Below are positions 11,701-51,118 of a stretch of 51,118 nt of DNA, piece after piece (position 1 is the stretch's first letter; each line of letters opens with the position of its first letter). The position numbers and the translations under genes are program-made. The notes under the pieces were generated by a model. The model was not told the DNA's origin. It did not search any database and worked only from the letters and a program-made list of their open reading frames with translations. Source of the stretch: Octopus sinensis (Eukaryota); assembly GCF_006345805.1 (NCBI RefSeq), contig NW_021833785.1:1-51118 (forward strand), given 5' to 3'.

Positions 11701-14700
11701 TTCTCTCTCTCTACCCCTCCCTCCCCTCCCTCCGTTCTCCCACCTCATTAATATTACTGTATGCTCCCCCCTTTTCTTGCTTTCTCTCTCCCCCTCCCTC
11801 CGTTCTCCCACCTCATTATATATTACTGTATGCTCCCCCCCTATATTGCTTTCTCTCTTCCCCTCCCTCCGCTCTCCCACCTCATTATATATTACTGTAT
11901 GCTCCCCCCCTTTATTGCTTTCTCTCTCCCCCCTCCTCCGCCCTCTCCCACCTCATTATATATTACTGTATGCTCCCCCCTTTATTGCTTTCTCCCTCTC
12001 TTCCCCTCCCTCCACTCTCTCACATCATATATATTACTGTATGGCTTCCCCCTTTTCTTGCTTTCTCTTTCCCCCTCCCTCCGCTCTCCCACCTCATTAT
12101 ATTACTGTATGCTCCCCCCCATTTATTGCTTTCTCTCTTCCCCTCCCTCCACTCTCTCACATCATTATATATTACTGTATGCTTCCCCTTTTCTTGCTTT
12201 CTCTCTCCTCCCCCTTCCCTCCGCTCTCCCACCTCATTATATATTACTGTATGCTCCCCCCTTTATTGCTTTCTCTCTTCCCCTCCCTCCACTCTCTCAC
12301 ATCATTATATATTACTGTATGCTTCCCCCTTTTCTTGCTTTCTCTTTCCCCCTCCCTCCACTCTCTAACTCATTATATATTACTGTATGCTCCCCCTTTT
12401 CTTTTTCTCTCTCCCCCTCCCTCCGCTCTCCCACCTAATATATTACTGTATGCTCCCTTATTGCTTTCTCTCTACCCTCCCTCCGTTCTCACACTCATTA
12501 TATATTAATGTATGCTCCCCCTTTTCTTGCTTTCTCTCTCCCCCTCCCTCCGTTCTCCCACCTCATTATATATAATGTATGCTCCCCCACTTTATTGCTT
12601 CTCTCTTCCCCTCCCTCCGATCTCTCCCACCTCATTATATATTACTGTATGCTCCCCCCCTTTATTGCTTTTCTCTCACCCTCCCTCCGCTCCCACCTCA
12701 TTATATATTACTGTATGCTCCCCCCCTTTATTGCTTTCTCTCTTCCCCTCCCTCCACTCTCTCACATCATTATATATTACTGTATGCTTCCCCCTTTTCT
12801 TGCTTTCTCTTTCCCCCTCCCTCCGCTCTCCCACCTCATTATATATTACTGTATGCTCCCCCCATTTATTGCTTTCTCTCTTCCCCTCCCTCCACTCTCT
12901 CACATCATTATATATTACTGTATGCTTCCCCCTTTTCTTGCTTTCTCTCTCCCCCTCCCTCCGCTCTCCCACCTCATTATATATTACTGTATGCTCCCCC
13001 TTTATTGCTTTCTCTCTTCCCCTCCCTCCACTCTCTCACATCATTATATATTACTGTATGCTTCCCCCTTTTCTTGCTTTCTCTCTCCCCCTCCCTCCGC
13101 TCTCCCACCTCATTATATATTACTGTATGCTCCCCCCATTTATTGCTTTCTCTCTTCCCCTCCCTCCACTCTCTCACATCATAATATATTACTGTATGCT
13201 TCCCCCTTTTCTTGCTTTCTCTCTCCCCCTCCCTCCGCTCTCCCACCTCATTATATATTACTGTATGCTCCCCCTTTTTATTGCTTTCTCTCTTCCCCTC
13301 CCTCCACTCTCTCACATCATTATATATTACTGTATGCTTCCCACTTTTCTTGCTTTCTCTCTCCCCCTCCCTCCGCTCTCCCACCTCATTATATATTACT
13401 GTATGCTCCCCCCATTTATTGCTTTCTCTCTTCCCCCCTCCGCTCTCCCACCTCATTATATATTACTGTATGCTCCCCCTTTTCTTGCTTCTCTCCCCCT
13501 CCATCGCTCTCCCACCTCATTATATATTACCGTATGCTCCCCCTTTTTTTGACTTTCTCTCCCCCTCCCTCCGCTCTCCCACCTCAATATATTACTGTAT
13601 GCTCCCCCCTTTCTTGCTTTCTCTCTCCCCCTCCCTCCACTCTCTAACCTCATTATATATTACTGTGCTCCCCCTTTTCTTGTTTCTCTCTCCCCCTCCC
13701 TCCGCTCTCCCACTCATTATATTACTGTATGCTCCCCCTTTATTGCTTTCTCTCTACCCTCCCCCGTTCTCCACCTCATTTATTACGTATGTCCCCCCTG
13801 TTCTTGCTTTCTCTCTCCCCCTCCCTCCGTTCTCCCACCTCATTATATATTACTGTATGCTTCCCCCCTATATTGCTTTCTCTCTTCCCCTCCCTCCGCT
13901 CTCCCACCTCATTTATTATTACTATGCTCCCCCCTTTATTGCTTTTCTCTCTCCCCCTCCTCCGCTCTCCACCTCATTATATATTAATGTATGCTCCCCC
14001 CTTTATGCTTTCTCTCTTCCCCTCCCTCCACTCTCTCACATCATTATATATTACTGTATGCTTCCCCCTTTTCTTGCTTTCTCTTTCCCCCTCCCTCGCT
14101 CTCCCACCTCATTATAATTACTGTATGCTCCCCCCATTTATTGCTTTCTCTCTTCCCCTCCCTCACTCTCTCACATCATTATATATTACTGTATGCTTCC
14201 CCCCTTTTGCTTTCTCTCTCCCATCCCTCCGCTCTCCACCTCATTATATTAATGTATGCTCCCCCCTTTATTGCTTTCTTCTCCTCCCCCACTCTCTCAC
14301 ATCATTATATATTAATGTATGTTCCCCCTTTCTGGCTTTTCTCTTCCCTCCCATCCGCTCTCCCACCTCATTAATATATTACGTATGCTCCCCCCATTTA
14401 TTGCTTTCTCTCTTCCCCTCCTCCACTCTCTCATCATTAATATTACTGTATGCTTCCCCCTTTTCTTGCTTTCTCTCTCCCCCTCCCTCAGCTCTCCCAC
14501 CTCATTATATATTACTGTATGCTCCCCCTTTTCTTGCTTTCTCTCTTCTCCCCTCCCTCCACTCTCCTCACATCATTATATATTACTGTATGCTTCCCAC
14601 TTTTCTTGCTTTCTCTCTCCCCCTCCCTCCGCTCTCCCACCTCATTATTATTACTGTATGCTCCCCCTTTCTTGCTTTCTCTCTTCCCCTCCCTCCGCTC

Positions 14701-17700
14701 TCCCACCTCATTATATATTACTGTATGCTCCCCCCTTTTCTTGCTTTCTCTCCCCCTCCATCCGCTCTCCCACCTCATTATATATTACTGTATGCTCCCC
14801 CCTTTCTTGCTTTCTCTCTCCCCCTCCCTCCGCTCCCCCACCTCATTATATATTACTGTATGCTCCCCCCTTTTCTTATTTCTCTCTCCCCCTCCCTCCG
14901 CTCTCCCACCTCATTATATATTACTGTATGCTCCCCCCTTTCTTGCTTTCTCTCTCCCCTCCCTCCGCTCTCCCACCTCATTATATATTACTGTATGCTC
15001 CCCCTTTTCTTGCTTTCTCTCTCCCCCTCCCTCCGCTCTCCCACCTCATTATATATTACTGTATGCTCCCCCTTTTCTTGCTTTCCTCTCCTCCCCCCTC
15101 CCTCCGCTCTCCCACCTCATATATATTACTGTATGCTCCCCCCTTTTTTGCTTTCTTTCTCTCTCCCCCCCTCCCTCCGCTCTCCCACCTCATTACATAT
15201 TACTGTATGCTCCCCCTTTCTTGCTTTGTCTCTCCCCCCTCCCCCCCCCTCCGCTCTCCCACCTCATTATATATTACTGTATGCTCCCCCTTTCTTGTTC
15301 TCTCTCCCCCTCCTCCCCCTCCACCGCTCTAACCTCATTATATATTACTGTATGCTCCCCCTTTTCTTGCTTCTCTCTCCCCCCTCCCTCCGTTCTCCCA
15401 CCTCATTATATATTACTGTATGCTCCCCCTCTTTTCTTGCTTTCTCTCCTCCCCCCCTCCCTCCGCTCTCTCCACCTCATTATATATTACTGTATGCTCC
15501 CCCCCTTTCTTGCTTTCGCTCTCCCCCCTCCCTCCACTCTCCAACCTCATTATATATTACTGTATGCTCCCCCCCCCCTTTTCTTGCTTTCTCTCTCCCC
15601 CTCCCTCCGCCTCCCCACTTCATTATATATTACTGTATGCTCCCCTCCTTTCTTGCTTTCACTCTCCCCCTCCCTACGCTCTCCCACCTCATTATATATT
15701 ACTGTATGCTCCCCCTTTCTTGCTTTTGTCCTCCCCCCCCTCCCTCCACTCCTAACCTCATTATATATTACTGTATGCTCCCCCCTTTTCTTGCTTTCTC
15801 TCTCCCCCTCCCTCCGCTCTCTCCCACCTCATTATATATTACTGTATGCTCCTCCCTTTCTTGCTTTCTCTCTCCCCCTCCCTCCGCTCTCCCACCTCAT
15901 TATATATTACTGTATGCTCCCCCTTTTCTTGCTTTCTCTCTCCCCCCCCCCCCCGCCCTCCGCTCTCCCACCTCATTATAATTACTGTATGCTCCCTCCC
16001 TTTCTTCTTTTCTTGCTTTCTCTCTCCCCCCTCCCCCTCCCTCCGCTCTCCCACCTCATTATATATTACTGTATGCTACCCCCCTTTATTGCTTTCTCTC
16101 TCCCCCTCCCTCCGCTCTCCCACCTCATTATATATTACTGTATGCTCCCCCTCTTTTCTTGCTTTCTCTCTCCCCCTCCCTCCGCTCTCCCACCTCATTA
16201 TATATACTGTATGCTCCCCCCCTTTCTTGCTTTCGCTCTCCCCCTCCCTCCACTCTCAACCTCATTATATATTACTGTATGCTCCCCCCTTTCTTGCTTT
16301 CTCTCTCCCCCTCCCTCCGCTCTCCCACCTCATTATATATTACTGTATGCTCCCCTCTTTTCTTGCTTTCACTCCCCCCTCCCTCCGCTCTCCCACCTCA
16401 TTATATATTACTGTATGCTCCCCCTTTCTTGCTTTCTCTCTCCCCCTCCCTCCGCTATCCGACCTCATTATATATTACTGTATGCTCCCCCTTTCTTGCT
16501 TGTCTCTCCCCCTCCCTCACGCTATCAACCTCATTATATATTACTGTATGCTCCCCCTTTTCTTGCTTTCTCTCTCCCCCTCCCTCCGCTCTCCCACCTC
16601 ATTATATATTACTGTATACCCCCCCCTTTCTTGCTTTCTCTCTCCCCCTCCCTCCGCTCTCCCACCTCATTATATATTACTGTATGCTGCCCCCCCTTTC
16701 TTGCTTTGTCTCTCCCCCTCCCTCCACTCTCTAACCTCATTATATATTACTGTATGCTCCCCCTTTCTTGCTTTCTCTCTCCCCCTCCCTCCACTCTCTA
16801 ACCTCATTATATATTACTGTATGCTCCCCCTTTTCTTGCTTTCTCTCTCCCCCTCCCTCCGCTCTCCCACCTCATTATATATTACTGTATGCCCCCCCCC
16901 TTTCTTGCTTTCTCTCTCCCCCTCCCTCCGCTCTCCCACCTCATTATATATTACTGTATGCTCCCCCTTTTCTTGCTTTCTCTCTCCCCCTCCCTCCACT
17001 TTCTAACCTCATTATATATTACTGTATGCTCCCCCCTTTCTTGTTTCTCTCTCCCCCTCCCTCCGCTCTCCCACCTCATTATATATTACTGTATGCTCCC
17101 CCTTTATTGCTTTCTCTCTCCCCCTCCCTCCGTTCTCCCACCTCATTATATATTACTGTATGCTCCCCCCCTTTCCTTGCTTTCTCTCTCCCCCTCCCTC
17201 CGCTCTCCCACCTCATTATATATTACTGTATGCTCCCCCCCTTTCTTGCTTTCTCTCTCCCCCTCCCTCCGCTCTCCCACCTCATTATATATTACTGTAT
17301 GCTCCCCCCTTTCTTGCTTTCTCTCTCCCCCTCCCTCCGCTCTCCCACCTCATTACATATTACTGTATGCTCCCCCTTTCTTGCTTTGTCTCTCCCCCTC
17401 CCTCAGCTCTCCCACCTCATTATATATTACTGTATGCTCCCCCTTTCTTGTTTCTCTCTCCCCCTCCCTCCGCTCTTCCACCTCATTATATATTACTGTA
17501 TGTTCCCCCTTTTCTTGCTTTCTCTCTCTCCTCCCTCCGCTCTCCCACCTCATTATATATTACTGTATGCTCCCCCTTTTCTTGCTTTCTCTCTCCCCCT
17601 CCCTCCGCTCTCCTATCTCATTATATATTACTGTATGCTCCCCCCTTTTCTTGCTTTCTCTCTCCCCCCCCTCCGCTCTCCCACCTCATTATATATTACT

Positions 17701-18888
17701 GTATGCTCCCCCCCTTTATTGCTTTCTCTCTTCCCCTCCCTCCGCTCTCTCACCTCATTATATATTACTGTATGCTCCGCCTTTCTTGCTTTCCCTCTCC
17801 CCCTCCCTCCGCTCTTCCACCTCATTATATATTACTGTATGCTCCCCCCTTTTCTTGCTTTCTCTCTCCCCCTCCCTCCGCTCTCCCACCTCATTATATA
17901 TTACTGTATGCCCCCCTTTCTTGCTTTCTCTCTCCCCCTCCCTCCGCTCTCCCACCTCATTATATATTACTGTATGCTCCCCCTTTCTTGCTTTCTCTCT
18001 CCCCCTCCCTCCGCTCTCCCACCTCATTATATATTACTGTATGCTCCCCCTTTCTTGCTTTCTCTCTCTCTCCCCCTCCCTCCGCTCTCCCACCTCATTA
18101 TATTACTGTATGCTCCCCCTTTTCTTGCTTTCTCTCTCCCCCTCCCTCCGCTCTCCCACCTCATTATATATTACTATATGCTCCCCCCTTTCTTGCTTTC
18201 TCTCTCCCCCTCCCTCCGCTCCCCTACCTCATTATATATTACTGTATGTTCCCTCTTTTCTTGCTTTCTCTCTCCCACTCCCTCCGCTCCCCCACCTCAT
18301 TATATATTACTGTATGCTCCCCCCTTTTCTTGCTTTCTCTCTCCCCCCTCCCCCCGCTCTCCCACCTCATTATATATTACTGTATGCTCCCCCCTTTTCT
18401 TGCTTTCTCTCTCCCCCTCCCTCCGCTCTCCCAGCTCATTATATATTACTGTATGCTCCCCCTTTTTTTGCTTTCTCTCTACCCCTGCCTCCGCTCCCCC
18501 ACCTCATTATATATTACTGTATGCTCCCCCCTTTCTTGCTTTCTCTCTCCCCCTCCCTCCGCTCTCCCACCTCATTATATATTACTGTATGCTCCCCCTT
18601 TCTTGCTTCTCTCTCCCCCTCCCTCCGCTCTCCCACCTAATTATATATTACTGTATGCTCCCCCCTTTTCTTGCTTTCTCTCTCCCCCTCCCTCCGCTCT
18701 TCCACCTCATTATATATTACTGTATGCTACCCCCTTTCTTGCTTTCTCTCTCCCCCTCTCTCCGCTCTCCCACCTCATTATATATTACTGTATGCTCCCC
18801 CTTTCTTGCTTTCTCTCTTCCCCTCCCTCCGCTCTCCCACCTCATTATATATTACTGTATGCTCCCCCTTTCTTGCTTTCTCTCTCTC
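5775..18888. repeat. Satellite array, ~68-bp monomer, ~13.1 kb (~190 copies)
   Basis: Consensus approx. CCTCATTATATATTACTGTATGCTCCCCCCTTTCTTGCTTTCTCTCTCCCCCTCCCTCCGCTCTCCCA; periods of 69-70 bp read directly at 17141/17211/17280. Confidence 0.97.
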
Positions 18889-18976
18889 AATAGAAGCAAG
18901 GTTCGAGCCAATGGAGCGTGCAAGGGAGTACTCGACTCAAACCTTGCAAATTGGAAATATTTTATTTTTACCTTTA

Positions 18977-19003
18977 TATCTGGGACGTAGAACGTCCCGG
19001 ATA
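18977..19003. repeat. 12-bp stem hairpin next to the satellite end
   Basis: TATCTGGGACGT-AGA-ACGTCCCGGATA followed by an A-run. Confidence 0.8.
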
Positions 19004-19255
19004 AAAATTTAAAATGTTCCCCCAGAAGTAGAGGTAGGCTGGATTGTAGCCACACTTCTATACAAGAGCGAGGACAAGATACAATTTATCGAAATTCCAA
19101 GAGACGGGCCTACAATTCCAGTCTGTTATATATTTTGAGTATTGTTATCACTAGCGATATCAAGACATAGCTTTGTATTTTGTATTTTATGTGTAGATGT
19201 ATATATATAGATGTACATGTAATATGTACACATATATATACACATATATACATGC

Positions 19256-19295
19256 ACTAGCACTATGAGCCAGCAACGACGGGTCATAGTGCTAG

Positions 19296-19296
<1 letters not shown>
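19256..19296. repeat. 41-bp palindrome with CTAG ends
   Basis: ACTAGCACTATGA(19256-19268) and TCATAGTGCTAGT(19284-19296) are perfect 13-bp arms. Confidence 0.85.
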
Positions 19297-19344
<48 letters not shown>

Positions 19345-19345
<1 letters not shown>

Positions 19346-19502
19346 GAGGCGCAATAGCCTGGTGGTTAGGGCAGCGGAATCACAGTTTCGATTCTGAGAC
19401 CGGACGTTGTGAGCTTTTATTTAGCCAAAACATCTAAAGCTCCACGATTCTCGGGCAGTGCGTGGTGGCGAACCCTGCTGTGCTTTTTCGCCACAACTTT
19501 CT
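19345..19502 (+). mobile_element. Truncated tRNA-derived SINE (second family)
   Basis: Homologous to 33330-33500 (GGTTAGGGCAGCGGA...CGTTGTGAG...AAAACATCTAAAGCTCCACGA...CCCTGCTGT). Confidence 0.75.
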
Positions 19503-20990
19503 GAAATTCGATCCCATTTTGTCACAAAAGAGGCAACTATGGGGTGCAAGAATGTCAATAACGTTAATAACTTTAGCTGTTCCTTGTAACACTACAACCT
19601 GATCTGCAGAAATTTTCTGTGACACAAACAACTCTCAGCGAATCATGCGACGAGTGAAACAAATAAGTATTTCATTCTGTCCCTCACAGATTCCTTCTGT
19701 GAATTGAAGGATTCCAATATACTTTCAAAACAACTGTATATGATTAATTCTATAAAACAGAGACAAAATGTTTTAAATTTGTCTAGTGTTCATACATTCA
19801 GACACCAAACAATTCTTATAAATTAAACGAACGGGTATTCTTTCAATATTTTATCAAATCAATTCATTATATTTCCTCTTTTTCATGTGAAATTGTGTCG
19901 TTCTGAGAGGATTACTTATTTATGAATGCATGATACACCTTGAGGTTTGTGACTCTCCTCAGTTACATCATCATCATTATTTCCTCTGGTTTTATTCTTT
20001 GATTGACTTGACCAATCAGGGGCAATATATTTTCTCATTAATTAATATATGCTAATAACTGTCAGAATCTTTGCGCAAAACAAGATAAAGATCTCAATCA
20101 CCAAAAGAATTGATTTGGGTCATCACAGTTGAAAGTTAAACATTTTAGTTTTATAGAATCAGTAAAAGAATTATATTTTCTCAGGTTTTCACACCTGGCC
20201 CTTTGAGAAATACATTTACTGCTACTGATTAAATTCGATACTAAATATGTTTCTCTTAGCTTATATAAAGAGTCACTTATTTCGTACAACTTTCAGGAAG
20301 AAAGATCATGTTTATATTTTTCTTCTGTTTTAACATCACAAATAATGTTTGAATATAATTTCGCTACCAGGTTTTGGAACTAAAAATCAGTGAAATATGT
20401 TAACAATTTATTTGAAATAATTTTATACAGAATTTGATACCAAATAATTTGTTTTAATACTAATAAGTACCCTGCGCGCAAGCGAAAGTAAGGTATTGTG
20501 GTCGCTCGTCGTGGTCTGTTTGTGTTTTAGAAACAATAACTGGACAACAGCTGAACAAATTTTCACCAAATTCAGCAGAAATACGCAGTGGATCAATGGC
20601 TAAAATTGATGAAAATCTGGTTTGATTATCTTCAAAACTGGCGGATGGGTGAATCAAAATGTTTTGACTGTGAATATGTTTTGCAAAAGAAATTATGAAC
20701 GCAGGTTATGCATCGTTGTGGCAAGTTCTCAGTACAAGAAGCTAATAGCAGCACAGAAAAAAAACATGTATTATGTTTATTAAATACTATTTTTCACTCA
20801 CCAGATGGGGCACGGAATAGTACACAATATATATATGTGTGTGTGTGTATGTGCGTGTGCGAGTGAGTGTATGTATGTGTTTGTGTGTGATTTGAATCGA
20901 CCATTGTCTTCATGTGTACAGATCATGGTGTATCTAAGTACGTAGACACGTGTAGGTACACACATACATAAATACATACACAGATATGCG

Positions 20991-21023
<33 letters not shown>

Positions 21024-22413
21024 TCAGTGATGGATGCGAGAGTTTCGTTTATTTACGAGTTGATTTCTTAATTTCACAGAGAATGTATATACCTATAAGG
21101 TGATACTTAAAAAAAAAAAAATGAAATAAAATCGAGCTTACGAATTTCCCGATCAGCAAGTAGCCATATTATTTATATCCTGCGTTTGATTCTCTTGCCT
21201 TCATTGAAAAACGTTGAAAACACTTCTGAAATTCTATGCAATATTTTCTATACTTATTTCATTTTGTTCACTTTCGTTTTCATAATCATAATTTTTATTT
21301 GAATAACGATTTATTTAGTCATTTGCAAATTTTACTTTTACGGTTTGCCGTAGACATCGGTCAAGTCCACTTTTAGCTGTCATCTTCTTAGACTTTCAAT
21401 CGTCTTTTAGGCAGACAATTACAAAGCTTAAGTTAGTTCAATGCAAAAGTATGTCTAAGAAACGCATTGTAAGCCATACTATAATTTGAGAAAAAAAAAC
21501 TTTATCTGCGCACAGGGTATGCATCACCCCTCAAATGCCTTTTTTCTTTTCCCTCTCAATAGCAATTTCTTATCAATTTCCGAAATAAAATTGAGGCAAT
21601 TTAAATAGTTTTGTATTTAATTTCCAAATTAAACCAGATTTATTAACTCCTATCAGAAAAGAATCCTACAACCAGTGGATAATGACTATGTGTCTTACAA
21701 TCTTGTTTCATTAAATTATGTACGGTAGAGCTTTCTGTCACATCCCACAATTTTATAGACAAAGGAAGTCCACCAAGGAAGCTTCAAGTGTTTTACTTCT
21801 TTAAAAACTTTTCTACGTCTATGGTGCAAAAAATTATGAAATTAAAATAAAAATTAAAATGCGATAACATCCAAGTAGTATGATGTTAAAAATTGTTGGG
21901 CAAAATAGAACTTTTCCATTATCTCAATTTATTCCGATACTGTGGGCTCACTGTGACTTTTCCTCAATCACATGAAATTACAGTAACAAATACTGTGATG
22001 TTATTTCATTATGACAGTTATACTTAAATTTCAATTTATTAAAACTCGGTAGCTAGTAAATAAAGAGCAGCCTAGAGCTAGAATACAAAATATAATGATT
22101 CTTAATTGCACTCACAACCCCATGAAGTTTTATACAAGCATCCCCACTTTAAACTGGTCTTAAACCATAACAGAACAAAGAGAGATATCATTTATTATAT
22201 AGAAATACTATCTCTATGTGATATATATTCATAGAAAAAAAAAACATCAATGTATGTATACCAGACATTTTGTCCTAAGCTATAAATGAAGGGGGATAAC
22301 TATTAATTTGGCAGAGGATATTAAAACTGTCTAAATAACATCGAAAGTGTTTAGGGAAGTGATTATATATACAACAACAGCAACAACAACAAACGAATAT
22401 TTCAAAGTTTATC

Positions 22414-22419
22414 TTTATT
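22414..22419 (-). terminator. Polyadenylation signal of the ANK-RING-death gene
   Basis: AATAAA on the minus strand ~230 nt after the stop codon, followed ~20 nt later by a GT-rich element (22371-22394). Confidence 0.55.
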
Positions 22420-22647
22420 TGAAAAGCTAATTTCTAACAAAGGAACCAAACCAGTGAAGGGTATCTCTTATGTGAGAGATAGATCTGCTAGAATTAGTAG
22501 CTAAATCCACTGCACTCCACACCTCATCATTGTAAAGGAGGACACATTGGAGAATGTGGTTCTTGGTTCTCTATACTTTGGTCAAAGGTCTCTCTCTTTG
22601 GTCAGCATTCACCTGGGAGCAAACAGCAGCAGAATTTAAACAGAAAT

Positions 22648-50923
<28,276 letters not shown>

Positions 50924-51118
50924 CTGATAAAGAAAAGAATAAAAACATTAAAAATGGTGTCTGAAAGGGGAGTCGGGTGGTGAAGAATCAAAGAAAAACT
51001 CACAGAAAAAGAGAAGAGAAGGAATGAATGAAATTATTAAACAGGTGGAATGATTGGGGTGGGGAGTAGGTAAGGGAGATTTCTATTGTATATACACACA
51101 CGCGTATACACACATACA

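Noticed and set aside
5775-18888. CRISPR-like periodicity
   Set aside because: No unique spacers, no cas genes, eukaryotic context.
5649-19012. Many long Pro/Leu/Ser-rich ORFs (up to 783 aa)
   Set aside because: Translations of the stop-poor satellite in all three frames, with frame-switching indels between monomers.

Overview
AT-rich, repeat-laden eukaryotic DNA, most likely from an octopod cephalopod (inferred from octopus-type tRNA-derived SINEs, RTE LINEs with an internal Cys-rich finger, and HTGEKPY-type C2H2 fingers). The main gene is on the minus strand and enters from beyond the right edge; 10 exons are visible between 50923 and 22648. It encodes at least 7 ankyrin repeats, a MIB-type RING-HC finger and a C-terminal death domain. 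One ankyrin exon is recently duplicated (41165-41319 vs 50769-50923). Its flanking introns are almost identical, but the exon differs at ankyrin binding-surface residues, which suggests a diversifying modular receptor/E3 ligase. The window also holds two type I hammerhead ribozyme motifs (133-239 and 32976-33026), a 13-kb satellite of ~68-bp units with higher-order structure, and a 5.1-kb intronic (ATC)n array. There is a decayed C2H2 zinc-finger gene and many TE remnants (SINEs, RTE, CR1, Hero-like, Tc1/mariner, MITEs including one with an 8-bp TSD). Most long ORFs in the track are repeat artefacts. All calls were made by eye; no searches were run.
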